Counted from the stretch's first letter, positions 16,875 through 28,345 are shown. The stretch is 30,007 nt of DNA from Hyphomonadaceae bacterium (GCA_049318285.1 JBMOGP010000001.1:1-30007), one strand, 5' to 3'. The notes: a model not told the origin generated them from the sequence alone. Program-made: numbers and translations.

Positions 16875-17359
16875 ATGTCGGAAAGGCGCCACAATTACCC
16901 AGCGGCCGTGTGGAAAATGCTGTAAAGGTGATCTTTGCCATGGTCGTCACGCACAAGCACGGTCGACCCGAAGGCCGCCCGCTGCAGGCACCCCCGGAAC
17001 CCGACGTCGGAAGAAACTACTTCATGACCGATTGGCAGCGCGTGATGGACGAGATCAACGCCAAACCGCACGTGTCGCTCAGCTTCGCCGACGTCGACGG
17101 AAACGACGGGGCTGCGATCGATGGGCAAGCTGTCGCGACCCATGACCGCGACAAGATCCGCAAGCTGCGGACCCCTTGGGCCAAGGCATTCTGAGACAGC
17201 GCAAAAGACCCCAGCATACGCGTCATCAACCTCACGCCGCACCACGCCCGTTACTGGCAAGCGCCGAACCGGATGGCGGGCATCATCGCCATGCTGGCAA
17301 GAGCCAAGACCGGCAAATCGCCCAGCCTCGGCGGATCCGGCAATGTCGAGCTGACCTAA
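16875..17359 (+). pseudogene. general stress protein 26 / pyridoxamine 5'-phosphate oxidase-like pseudogene
   Basis: GGAG RBS plus MSERRHNYPAAVWKML*, then a frameshift near 16922 into KVIFAMVVTH...GRPL...INAKPHVSLSFAD...KAF, in-frame TGA 17192-17194, then DSAKDPSIRVINLTPHHARYW...PSLGGSGNVELT* (TAA 17357-17359). Confidence 0.85.
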
Positions 17360-17415
17360 GCCAGTCCTTCCATACCACGACTTGACCTCCCGCTCCTCTT
17401 CCTGTCTATGCGCGC

Positions 17416-19239
17416 ATGGCCGGACCTCCGATTGCTGTTCTTCGCGGCGTGATGCTTACGCTGGGCGCTGCACCCCTGTTCACGGGCGTCGACCTTGCGC
17501 TGGCGCGCGGGGAGCGGATGGCGTTGGTGGGACGCAACGGCGCGGGCAAGTCGACCCTGATGCGCATCCTTGGCAGGGCGCTGGAGCCGGACGATGGCGA
17601 GGTCTTCATGCAGCCGGGCGTCGTTGCGCGCCACCTGCTGCAGGAGCCGGATTTCGCCGGCTATGCCACCGCCCTGGACTATGTCTCAGACAGGCTCGAT
17701 CCGGACATGTTCTATCGCGCGGAATCAGAACTTGGCGCGTGGGACGTTCCGTTCGATCTCGATCTCACCAAGGCATCGGGCGGACAGTCACGCCGGATCG
17801 CCCTGGCTCACGCCTTCGCACATGACCCGGACATCCTGCTACTGGACGAGCCGACAAACCACCTCGACGTCCCGGCCATCGAACTGCTGGAACAGGAACT
17901 CAAGGCCTTTCGCGGCGCAGCTCTCATCGTCAGCCACGACCGGCGCTTTCTGGAGAATGTGTCAACCTCGGTCGCGTGGCTGCGCCAGGGCGTCGTGCGC
18001 CAGATGGACAAAGGCTACACCGCCTTCCAGGAGTGGGCCGAGACCGTCGAAGCCGACGAGGAGAAGGCGCTCGACAAACTCAACGTTCAGCTGAGGGCCG
18101 AGGAGCGCTGGATGGCGCGCGGCGTAACGGCGCGCCGTAAGCGCAATATGGGCCGCGTACGCAAGCTGCATGACATGCGCTCGGAGAAGTTGCAGCGCCG
18201 CATTGCGCTCAACGACGCTGCGAGCGCGGCGACGCTTGCCATCGATTCCGGCGCGCAGTCGGGACGACTGGTGATCGAGGCCAAGGGACTGACCAAGCAG
18301 TTCCAGACGTCGAGCGGCGTGCTGCCCATCGTCAACGATCTGTCTCTGCGTGTCATGCGTGGCGATCGGCTTGGTCTCGTTGGCCCGAACGGCGCAGGCA
18401 AGACGACGCTGCTGCGTCTGCTGCTGGGCCAGATCGAACCGGACAGCGGCAGCCTGCGCCTCGCAAAGACTCTGGACATCACCTATCTCGACCAGACGCG
18501 GGCCACGCTGATCCCGGAGAACACGCTTTGGAACACGCTGGCACCGCTTGGCGGGGACCAGATCATTGTGCGCGGCTATCCCAAGCATGTCGCCGCCTAC
18601 GCCAAGGACTTCCTGTTCGAGAGCCGGCAACTGCACCAGCCCGTCGGCGCGCTGTCGGGCGGTGAACGCAACCGGCTCACCCTGGCGCTCGCGCTGGCCA
18701 AGCCGTCCAACCTGTTGATCCTCGACGAACCAACCAATGATCTCGACATCGAGACGCTGGACCTGCTGGAAGACATGCTCGCCGAGTATGACGGCACGCT
18801 CTTACTGGTAAGCCACGACCGGGCCTTCATCGACAATGTGGTTACTTCCGTGTTGACCCCGCAGGGCGGCGGGCATTGGCTGGAAACGCCAGGGGGCTAT
18901 ACCGATTACCTTGCCCAGGCAGGCGCCACGTCGGCGACATCGCGGCGTACAGCCCACAAGACGCTGCCCCCGATCACGCCTGCGACAAAACCACCGGCTG
19001 CCAAGCTAAGCTACAAAGAGGCGCGGCGGCTGGACGAACTCGAACGCCTGATGCCGGAGCGCCAGGACGAGATCACGCGGCTCGAGGACGAAATGGCTGA
19101 CTCTGCCCTGTTTACCAAGGATCCGAAGGCGTTCCATGCGCGCGCCAACCGGCTTGTGGCGGCGCGAGCCGAACTTGCGGCGCATGAAGCTGAATGGATG
19201 ACGCTGGAAGAAAAGCGCGAGGCGCTGGCCAGGGGTTGA
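17416..19239 (+). CDS. uup: ABC-F family ATP-binding protein Uup
   Basis: Two ABC cassettes (GRNGAGKS/LLLDEPTNHLD and GPNGAGKT/LSGGE/LILDEPTNDLD), linker GVTARRKRNMGR, C-terminal coiled coil KLSYKEARRLDEL...W. Confidence 0.93.
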   Translation: MAGPPIAVLRGVMLTLGAAPLFTGVDLALARGERMALVGRNGAGKSTLMRILGRALEPDDGEVFMQPGVVARHLLQEPDFAGYATALDYVSDRLDPDMFYRAESELGAWDVPFDLDLTKASGGQSRRIALAHAFAHDPDILLLDEPTNHLDVPAIELLEQELKAFRGAALIVSHDRRFLENVSTSVAWLRQGVVRQMDKGYTAFQEWAETVEADEEKALDKLNVQLRAEERWMARGVTARRKRNMGRVRKLHDMRSEKLQRRIALNDAASAATLAIDSGAQSGRLVIEAKGLTKQFQTSSGVLPIVNDLSLRVMRGDRLGLVGPNGAGKTTLLRLLLGQIEPDSGSLRLAKTLDITYLDQTRATLIPENTLWNTLAPLGGDQIIVRGYPKHVAAYAKDFLFESRQLHQPVGALSGGERNRLTLALALAKPSNLLILDEPTNDLDIETLDLLEDMLAEYDGTLLLVSHDRAFIDNVVTSVLTPQGGGHWLETPGGYTDYLAQAGATSATSRRTAHKTLPPITPATKPPAAKLSYKEARRLDELERLMPERQDEITRLEDEMADSALFTKDPKAFHARANRLVAARAELAAHEAEWMTLEEKREALARG

Positions 19240-19357
19240 GCTCGCGGAAAGGCGCTCGCCGACCGGTTTTGAGGATCGGGTCAACAAATTCCGCAGCAGC
19301 AGCAAGCGGTTTCTTAACCGTGCAGCGTTAGTGTTTTCCTTCTCAGGGGATTTCGGC

Positions 19358-20455
19358 ATGCCGGCCAACGCCACCAATTTCGCGCTGCTGCTCGACCTTG
19401 CCAAGGAAGGTTCGAGTGAAAAGCGGCGTGAACTCTTGCGCCAGATCACGGATGTCTTCCTGGCCCAGCCGAGCGACCGCTCGGAAAAGGAAGCAGTACT
19501 ATTCGACGAGATCGTCGCCGCCGTCGCATCCGACCTTGAAACGCAAGTTCGCATTGAGCTGTCGCGCAAGATCGCTGACACCGTCGCACCCCTGCGTCAT
19601 ACGGCCCGCCGCCTGGCCATGGATGAGATCGAGGTCGCCCGCCCGGTGCTGGAGCGGTCGCGCGCGCTCACCGAAGGTGATGTTCTCGAAGTGATCGACA
19701 AGAAATCGCAGGACCACCTCATGGCCGTGACGAAGCGGTCGGACATCGGCGAGAAGGTGTCCAGCGCCCTTGTGAACAAGGGCGAGGATCACGTCGTGGT
19801 CTCGCTGCTGCAGAACACCGCCGCCAAGATCGACCGCGAGACCTACGGACGCGTCGCCGAACGCGCCGAGACAAGCCCTGTGCTGCACGCCCCCTTGGTG
19901 CGCAACGCAAATGTCCCGATTGATATGCTGAACAACGTCTATCTGCGTGTCGAGAATGACCTGCGCCGCGAGATCATGCGGAAATTCCACGGCGTTTCCC
20001 CCGCCGAACTCGAAGCCGCGCTGGAAGTCAGCCGTACACACCTGTCGGCAGCCTATGGCGCCCTGCCGCTCGATTACCCACACGCCAAGGAACACATCTC
20101 CGAATTGACAAAAGCGGGCGCGTTGAAACCGGCTGTGCTGGTTCAACTGCTGCGTGAAGAACGGCACACCGCTTTCCTGATCGCGTTCGCCCAGCTGGTG
20201 GACATAGATTTCGAACTCGGCCAGCGCCTCTTGGATACGCAGGACCTCGACGCTCTGGCGATGCTTTGCCGTGGCGCGGGCTTCGATCGCGGCCTGTTCG
20301 TAACGATCTGTATCATCATCGGCAACGGCGGAGGCGGCCTGAGCAAAACTGAGGAGTATGGGCAGATCTACGAACTCGTGCCTGTCGCCGCCGCCCAGCG
20401 CGCGCTGCGATTCTGGAAGGTCCGTGCGAAGAACATCAACACGCACGCGGCATAG
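19358..20455 (+). CDS. DUF2336 domain protein
   Basis: RRELLRQITDVF, LAMDEIEVARPVLERSRALTEGD, HLMAVTKRSDI, VVSLLQN, ALAMLCRGAGFDR, AQRALRFWKVR. Confidence 0.88.
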   Translation: MPANATNFALLLDLAKEGSSEKRRELLRQITDVFLAQPSDRSEKEAVLFDEIVAAVASDLETQVRIELSRKIADTVAPLRHTARRLAMDEIEVARPVLERSRALTEGDVLEVIDKKSQDHLMAVTKRSDIGEKVSSALVNKGEDHVVVSLLQNTAAKIDRETYGRVAERAETSPVLHAPLVRNANVPIDMLNNVYLRVENDLRREIMRKFHGVSPAELEAALEVSRTHLSAAYGALPLDYPHAKEHISELTKAGALKPAVLVQLLREERHTAFLIAFAQLVDIDFELGQRLLDTQDLDALAMLCRGAGFDRGLFVTICIIIGNGGGGLSKTEEYGQIYELVPVAAAQRALRFWKVRAKNINTHAA

Positions 20456-20584
20456 GCAGGTCTCGGGGATATGGCTTCCGGCGAGTTTCGCCCGGATGCG
20501 CGATGGCCTCTCGCCCGATAGCATTTACGCAATTGCTCGCTCCTAACCGCTCGCATAGCTTCTGTGGAGCCTGGGGGAGAGGGG

Positions 20585-20987
20585 CGCTCACGGCGCCATC
20601 GAACGATCCGAAGCCCGCCATGCCATCGCGCCCCTCCGGCGCCTGCCATCCCAGCGCCCGTGCCGTAACGGCCTACTCGATTGGTCCTGCCGCAAACAGT
20701 GCGAAGCGGTCGTAGTCGGCCAGCTCCGCTGCGCCTGCAGGTCTCAACTTTGCCGGCGGAAATACGTCGGCAAGATACAGGCAGATAGCCGCCGCCTCCG
20801 TCACGACCTTCCCGTCATGGCGGATCGTCGGCACTTTTCCCATTGGATTGACCGCCCGGAAGTCGACGCTCTTGTTTCCACCAGGTCCGAAATCGTGCCA
20901 GCTGGTCGTGTAGGGCAGGCCCAGCTCCTCCAGCATCCAGTACGCGATCTGCCCGCGACCCATGGCATTGGTCCAGAATTCGATTAT
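20585..20987 (-). pseudogene. glutathione S-transferase pseudogene
   Basis: AGGAG RBS followed by ATA (where ATG is expected) IEFWTNAMGRGQIAYWMLEELG...NPMGKVP...TEAAAICLYLAD. In-frame TAG 20673-20675, then AVTARALGWQAPEGRDGMAGFGSFD. Homology then becomes frameshifted and may extend to about 20480. Confidence 0.85.
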
Positions 20988-21157
20988 CGGTAAACTCCTG
21001 CCCGGAATGCTGCAGACACTGCCGCTTACAGACGCAGCCATCAGTGCCAGACCCCTCCGGCCGAGGATGTGTCAGCAGCAGACGTGGACCGCTGCGCGAA
21101 CAGTGATAGCCTAACGTCAACCAGCCAAAAAGACCACGGACTCACGGGGAGACCATC

Positions 21158-21907
21158 CTGAAACCAGCCCGCACCCTGCTGCTAGCCCTTGTGCTCGCAG
21201 CCATGCCGCAGGCCTGCACGACGCCGGCGGTGCAATCGGCAACAGGAGCCGCCGCTCCCAGCATCGTCATCTATCACGCCGAAGGCCGCCGCTCGGAGCG
21301 CGTTGTCTGGATGTGCGAGGAGTTGGGCCTGGCATATGAACTGAAGTTCCGCCGTGGCGACGTCGCCGGCTCATTCGCCGACATCCAGGCCGTCAACCCC
21401 GGCATGCGCGTCGCGCCGACCGTTTTCTACAATGGCGAGCTGCTGGTAGAGTCCGGTGCAATTCTCGAATTCCTACTCGAGCGGCACGGCGGCGGCCGCC
21501 TCGTCCCGGAGGTCAGCTCGCCCGATTATGCCAGCCACCTCCGCTTCATGCACTACGCCGAAGGCACGCTCGCCTCTGACGCCGTGGCCGACTATCGCGT
21601 CGCCCGCGCAACCGACGGCAAGGCCCCACGCGGCAATGAAACCGATGGTCAACGCGCCATGCGCTTCGCCGAAGACCATCTCGCGAAGCACCCCTGGTTC
21701 GGCGGGACGCAATTCACCGCTGCCGACATCATGATGGTCTTCCCGATCAGCTACGCCATCCGCATGAACGTCGCAGACCCGGCGAAGTATCCGAACATCG
21801 CGGCATGGCAGAGAAAGGTCGAAGCCCGCCCCGCCTTCCAGCGCATGCTAGCCAAGGCCCGCCCCGATGGCCGCGTCAGCCCGCCCCCATCGCTGACGCT
21901 GCCTTGA
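21158..21907 (+). CDS. glutathione S-transferase with N-terminal signal/lipoprotein-like leader
   Basis: RSERVVWMCEELG, NPGMRVAPT, ESGAILEFLLERHG, GGTQFTAADIMM, YPNIAAW. Leader KPARTLLLALVLAAMPQAC. CTG 21158 lies 6 nt after GGGGAG (track start is GTG 21191). Confidence 0.88.
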   Translation: MKPARTLLLALVLAAMPQACTTPAVQSATGAAAPSIVIYHAEGRRSERVVWMCEELGLAYELKFRRGDVAGSFADIQAVNPGMRVAPTVFYNGELLVESGAILEFLLERHGGGRLVPEVSSPDYASHLRFMHYAEGTLASDAVADYRVARATDGKAPRGNETDGQRAMRFAEDHLAKHPWFGGTQFTAADIMMVFPISYAIRMNVADPAKYPNIAAWQRKVEARPAFQRMLAKARPDGRVSPPPSLTLP

Positions 21908-22003
21908 CCACATCATCAGGTCAGCTGTCCTGACAGTCTAACGCCAGACACACCAAGTCCGCGATCACAGCTGCGTGGCGCATCGGCAGGAAAGAGATAC
22001 AGC

Positions 22004-23199
22004 ATGCAGGTGCCGCCAGTTGCGACCTCTGACGCCGAGCGTCTTGCAAAGCCGGCCAACATACGCGTCGCACTGATCTTCCTCTTCCTTGGCAACATCG
22101 TGATCGGCTCTGGCGTTCTCGCTCCCGCCGCAATGATCAACGCCATGACAGCCGACCTTGGCGTGAGCACCGTCGCTATCGGCGCGCTCATCGGGTGGGG
22201 CGCCGTCGTCCTGTGCATCGGTGCGCCGGCCTTCGGCTTCTTCACCAACCGCATCGATCGCCGCACTTTACTGGCCGCTTCGCTCCTGCTCTACGCAGCT
22301 GGCCACGCGGCCTCCACCTTCGCGCCCGACTATGCAACGCTGATGATCACGCGTCTGGTCATGATCGGCGGCGCCGCTATCTTCACCCCGCAGGCGGCCA
22401 GCGCCGTCGCCTTGATGGTTCCGGAAGATCGCCGTGCCGGCGCTGTCGCGTTCGTCTTCATGGGCTGGGCCGTCGCCACGGCCGTCGTGATCCCCTTCAT
22501 GAGCATTATCGGCGAGGCGCTGAACTGGCGCGCCATCTATGCCGGCATCGCTGTTGCAGCGTTCATGTCTGCAGCCGGCGTCATCGCGCTGATGCCTGCG
22601 AAGCTTTACGCCAACCGCATATCGCTCCGCATGTGGGGTGATGTCCTTACTCGCCCCGCCATTATCACCCTGCTCGCCGCCACCTCGCTACAGCTTGCCG
22701 GCCAGTTCACCCTCTACCCCTATCTCGCCGCAGAGCTGCGTCGGGCCAGCCTTGCAGACTCATCAGGCGTCGCTCTCGCCCTCGGCCTCTCCGGCGCTGC
22801 AGGATTGATGGGATCGATCCTCGCAGCACGGCTGGTCTCATCCATCGGCGCCGCGCGGATGCACCTGATCTGCCTCTTCGCCATGGCGACAGGCCTGATC
22901 GGCTGGTCTATCTTTTCGGCCACGCTGACCTTTGCTCTCGCCAGCGTCTTCATCTGGGGCCTCGGCTTCGGCGCCGGCATATCGATGCAACAGGCCCGGC
23001 TGATCTCTGTGGCGCCAGCGCTCGCCTCGGCCTCTGTCGCCCTCAACACGTCTGTGCTCTATCTCGGACAGGCGTCAGGCTCAGCTATCGGCGGCGACCT
23101 CATAACCCGCAACCTGCAAGGCCTCATGAGCGTCACAGGCGTGGCTTTCATAGTCGCCGCCATCGTGGCGTCGTGGTGGGCGCGGCGGAAATACGGGGC

Positions 23200-23203
<4 letters not shown>
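22004..23203 (+). CDS. MFS transporter (DHA1/NepI-like efflux)
   Basis: About 12 hydrophobic helices, motif A-like TNRIDRRTLL, EDRRAGAVAFVFMG. Confidence 0.92.
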
Positions 23204-24798
<1,595 letters not shown>

Positions 24799-24897
24799 GG
24801 GGCGGGGGCATACAGGGGAGCGCCGGAAAGGTCTACTGCGGCTAGGATCCCAAGTTCAACATGCTGTAAGTTCCCGCGGTTCCAGCAGGAGCTGACC

Positions 24898-25500
24898 ATG
24901 AACCTCTTCTACTCGCCGACCTCGCCCTACGCCCGCAAATGCCGGGTCGTCGCGATCGAAAAGGGGCTTGCTCCGCAGCTTCGCATCATCCCCGCCTCGC
25001 CTATGTCCAATCCGCCCGAACTGCACGCCGCCAACCCACTCGGCAAAGTTCCCGCGCTCGTCCTTCCGGATGGCCGCTGCATCGTCGATAGCCGCGTCAT
25101 CTGCGAATACCTCGACACGCAGACGGCAGACCCCCACCTCATCCCAACGGATGCCGCCGCCCGCATCGACTGTCGCACGCGCGAGGCGCTGGCCGACGGC
25201 ATCGCCGACGCAGCCTTCCAGCGCACGATGGAGCGCCTCCGCCCCGAACCGCAGCGCTCGACTGACTGGAACACGCGCTGGACCAGCGCCATCCGTCGTG
25301 CCGTCGCGCACTTCGACGCCAACATCCCCGACCGTCCGCAACCGGACCTTGGCGACATCGCGCTCGCCTGTGCGCTCGCCTATGTCGACTTCCGCCACGC
25401 CGATCTCGCCTGGGACGCCGATGCACCAGCCCTGCGCGCGTGGCTCGCCACAATGCTTGCGCGACCGGGCCTCGCCGAAACCACGCCTCCCTCGACCTGA
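24898..25500 (+). CDS. glutathione S-transferase family protein
   Basis: CAGGAG RBS, MNLFYSPTSPYARKCRV, NPLGKVPAL, DSRVICEYLD, LGDIALACALAYVDFR. Confidence 0.92.
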   Translation: MNLFYSPTSPYARKCRVVAIEKGLAPQLRIIPASPMSNPPELHAANPLGKVPALVLPDGRCIVDSRVICEYLDTQTADPHLIPTDAAARIDCRTREALADGIADAAFQRTMERLRPEPQRSTDWNTRWTSAIRRAVAHFDANIPDRPQPDLGDIALACALAYVDFRHADLAWDADAPALRAWLATMLARPGLAETTPPST

Positions 25501-25566
25501 CCGGAAGGTCTTCTCAGCCGAACCCGCTTGTGAAACCCGCTGATTGCGCCAACCCAACGGCGAGGG

Positions 25567-25902
25567 TCACGGCATTTCGCGCATAGGCTCGGTCAGGAAG
25601 TGCCGCCCGTCCCGATCCTCGATCTCGATCACCCAGAGGTCGCGGTCCGCGCTTCGCCGCTTTGCGATCAGCGCATCCACCCCCGCCTCATCATCGGCCC
25701 CTAGCCGCTCGAATATGCCCGGCCCCTCCGGATTGAACGCCGGCGCATACAGCTGCGCCTCACCCCTGGCGCGGGTCACCTTGACCATCACATCGCCGCG
25801 GTCCTCGTCCCCGCGATGGACGATGGTGGCGAACGCGCCGGCGCTGGTGGCGCGGCGCAACAGGGCCGAAACCCAGATATGGGCAGGAATCTCGCGAGGC
25901 AT
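25567..25902 (-). CDS. DUF1491 family protein
   Basis: IWVSALLRR...GAFATIVHRGDEDRGDVMVK, RRSADRDLWVIEIEDRDGRHFL. Confidence 0.88.
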   Translation of the reverse strand: MPREIPAHIWVSALLRRATSAGAFATIVHRGDEDRGDVMVKVTRARGEAQLYAPAFNPEGPGIFERLGADDEAGVDALIAKRRSADRDLWVIEIEDRDGRHFLTEPMREMP

Positions 25903-25987
25903 CGCGCGCTTTTACCACAAATCGGCAAGCTGGCGCCTCGTTTGCAGACATTTTGGAAGTACCGCGTAAACCATTTGGGCAATTGCC

Positions 25988-26140
25988 GTGATCGAGACCG
26001 CCATCGTGATCGCCAGCCAACCCACCGCCGAGGCCCAGCGGATCGGCGTCTACGTGCTCGCGGCGATCCTTGGCATGCTGGTTTGTGGCGTCATTTCCGT
26101 GTCCAAGGAGCTCCGCCACGAGACGGCTGACCGGCCGTAA
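25988..26140 (+). CDS. small single-TM protein (50 aa), below track cutoff
   Basis: GTG...TAA reading MIETAIVIASQPTAEAQRIGVYVLAAILGMLVCGVISVSKELRHETADRP, with high-GC3 codons. Fills the gap between DUF1491 and 26176. Confidence 0.55.
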   Translation: MIETAIVIASQPTAEAQRIGVYVLAAILGMLVCGVISVSKELRHETADRP

Positions 26141-26175
26141 ACCCATCCTAAATCGTGCCAGCCTAGTGTGTTCTC

Positions 26176-27087
26176 ATGCTGGCGCGTCTGCTTTCCCTGT
26201 CCCTCCTACCCCTCGCCATCGCGCCCATCGCGCTGGCAGACACCGCAGCCCTGCGCCGCACCTGGCTCGAACGCGTCGCGATCAGCGCCGCCGACAAGGC
26301 CTGCGCCCTGTTCTCCGACGGTGAACGCCTCGCCCTCCGCTCGGGGCTGTACCAGGTCGAGGGCGAACTCCTGCGCGCCAAACAGAGCCGCGCTGAAATG
26401 ACCCGCCTTGCCGCAGAAGTGTCCGAGCGCGCGACGTCCCTTGGCTGCGGCCATCCGGACGTCGTCTCGGTTGCTGCGACCGTACGCAGCAGTTTCCGCC
26501 AGTTCGCAAAGACCAGCTACATCGAATACCCCGCCGCCCGATCCACCTGGCTCGCCTCGCGCTCTGAGCACGACAAGTGGGCGACCAGCCAGACCGACAA
26601 GGCGTCGGGTCTAATTTTCGGCCTGCGCCGTACGCCAGGGAAGCCGGATGAATTCCGTCTCGCCCTGGCCATGCCTGCGCGCGGCGCGACGCCTGCCTCG
26701 GCGCAGCTGATGTTCCGCGACACCGAGAAAATGCCTGACCCCTGGTTCGGGTCGCTGTCCGGCAAGGACGGCAAGCTTGCAGCGCCACCGCGCGCTACGT
26801 CGCGCCTTTTCTGGGCAGGCAAGGTCTTGGCTGGCGAGAACGAGGTCGGCGAGCCGATCTGGATCTTCACCTTCGAACCCGGCGCCATCGATCAGCTTGA
26901 ACTGCTCGATCCACGCGAAGCTGTGCAGGTCAACCTGATGCCCGCCCCGCGCGCCAAGGATCAGGCCGTCCGGCAGGTTACATTCGAACTCGGCGACTTC
27001 CGCGCTGCCCGCGCCTTTGCAATGATCCCGAAAGCCGATTCTGCGCCCCCGCCTGTCGCCAAACCAACAGCACCAGCCGCCCATTGA
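26176..27087 (+). CDS. secreted hypothetical protein (303 aa)
   Basis: Signal peptide ending ALA-D, strong codon bias, FELGDFRAARAF near the C-terminus, Pro/Ala tail. Confidence 0.8.
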   Translation: MLARLLSLSLLPLAIAPIALADTAALRRTWLERVAISAADKACALFSDGERLALRSGLYQVEGELLRAKQSRAEMTRLAAEVSERATSLGCGHPDVVSVAATVRSSFRQFAKTSYIEYPAARSTWLASRSEHDKWATSQTDKASGLIFGLRRTPGKPDEFRLALAMPARGATPASAQLMFRDTEKMPDPWFGSLSGKDGKLAAPPRATSRLFWAGKVLAGENEVGEPIWIFTFEPGAIDQLELLDPREAVQVNLMPAPRAKDQAVRQVTFELGDFRAARAFAMIPKADSAPPPVAKPTAPAAH

Positions 27088-27187
27088 ACCGCTGAAGCAA
27101 CGGTTTTTCACAGGCCGTCGTCGCACGAGCCATTGATCGCTGCGTGCACGCAGGCAAGATGGGCTCAATCGCAAACGGGCGCCCGCC

Positions 27188-27382
27188 ATGGCCGACATCG
27201 TCAACCTCAACGACCGCCGCAAGCGCAAGGCGCGCGAGCAGAAGGAAACCGACGCCACAGCCAACCGCCTCCTCTTTGGCCGCACCAAGGGCGAAAAGCA
27301 GCGCGACACGAAGCAGAAGGACGCTGAAATCCGCAAGCTCGACGGCGCCAGGCGCGAACGTGACGACAAGACCGACACCTGA
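27188..27382 (+). CDS. DUF4169 family protein
   Basis: MADIVNLNDRRKRKAR...ANRLLFGRTKGEK. Confidence 0.88.
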   Translation: MADIVNLNDRRKRKAREQKETDATANRLLFGRTKGEKQRDTKQKDAEIRKLDGARRERDDKTDT

Positions 27383-27437
27383 TCGCGCCGCCGAGACTTC
27401 TCTAAAGTACGCTACAACTGCGATTACTGCTAAGCCT

Positions 27438-27899
27438 TCAGAATCGCCCTTGCGCCCGGTACGCGGCGATGAAGGGCGCATAGTCCGCAGGACTTGTCTC
27501 CGCGCGCAGCCCACCCTCCACAAAACTCACCCATGGCTGCGCGCTTCGTGTGTAGGTGTCGCCCACCGGCTGCACCCAGCTCGTGTCATCCAGCGTCCCA
27601 CCGCGCAGGCTGTACACGCCCGTCGACGGGACGCCGCCATTCACGATCCGGGTCCCGCACGCGCCGCAGAACAGGCCGCACCGCGTCGATCCACGATCAG
27701 ACACCCACTCCACATATGCCGGATCCCCGATGGTCAATCGAAACGACGCCTCCGCCACGATGACCGACACGTTGAACGCCGAGCCGCTGATCTTCTGACA
27801 GTTCGTGCAGTGGCAGTTGTAGATCATCACCGGCGCCGCTCTGACCTCGTAACGCAGCGCGCCACACATGCACCCACCCACCAGCGGCAAAGACGCCAT
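27438..27899 (-). CDS. GFA / CENP-V family zinc protein
   Basis: GGCMCGALRY, CHCTNCQK, FCGACG, YTRSAQPW. GGAGG RBS before ATG 27899. Confidence 0.9.
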   Translation of the reverse strand: MASLPLVGGCMCGALRYEVRAAPVMIYNCHCTNCQKISGSAFNVSVIVAEASFRLTIGDPAYVEWVSDRGSTRCGLFCGACGTRIVNGGVPSTGVYSLRGGTLDDTSWVQPVGDTYTRSAQPWVSFVEGGLRAETSPADYAPFIAAYRAQGRF

Positions 27900-28096
27900 C
27901 TCACCCTCCATAAACCAGCAAGCCTGATATCACGCCGCAGTGTCAGAAGCTGTCAGCATTGCAGCGCAACATAACGCAGCGTCGGCGTCCTCTTTCGTCC
28001 TGCCATGATGCGTCGCGCAAGGGCATCAATCCGGGCAAACGAATTCATAAGGTCTTGATCGAAGACTGTTCCCGAGACCCGACACGAGTGCCCGCC

Positions 28097-28201
28097 ATGT
28101 TGCGACTTGCGCACATCCCCACAAGCGTCCCCATCGCGATGTTCGCGATCGTCCTCGCTGCGCCGCTGTTCGTGATCCTGTTCTTGCCAGCGCTCGACTG
28201 A
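28097..28201 (+). CDS. putative 34-aa single-TM small protein
   Basis: MLRLAHIPTSVPIAMFAIVLAAPLFVILFLPALD*. One strong hydrophobic helix, weak RBS. Confidence 0.4.
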   Translation: MLRLAHIPTSVPIAMFAIVLAAPLFVILFLPALD

Positions 28202-28262
28202 GCGAAGGGTGGCTTGTGAATTTCGCCGCTTCGCTTAGCGTGGGCGCACGGGGGAGATGGCA

Positions 28263-28345
28263 ATGTTCGCAGGTCACTACGCAGCCGCGCTGGCGGCCAA
28301 GGCCGCCGAGCCAGAAGCGCCGATGTGGACGCTGGTCGCAACAGC
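28263..28345 (+). pseudogene. 5' fragment of a membrane protein (MFxGH... metal-dependent hydrolase-like N-terminus)
   Basis: GGGGAG RBS plus MFAGHYAAALAAKAAEPEAPMWTLVA, after which the frame becomes antisense TIR sequence. Confidence 0.6.

Noticed and set aside
17192-17194. Stop-codon reassignment, readthrough or selenocysteine as an explanation for the in-frame TGA/TAG codons (also 2-4 and 20673-20675), tempting because prfC is nearby
   Set aside because: TAG and TGA end many intact genes here, the same pseudogenes carry frameshifts or start loss, and the TGA aligns with Trp rather than Cys.
19307-19330. CGGTT-TCTT-AACCG inverted repeat / TTAACC CtrA half-site upstream of DUF2336
   Set aside because: Only a half-site. 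The second TTAG is 10 nt away rather than 7, too weak to call.
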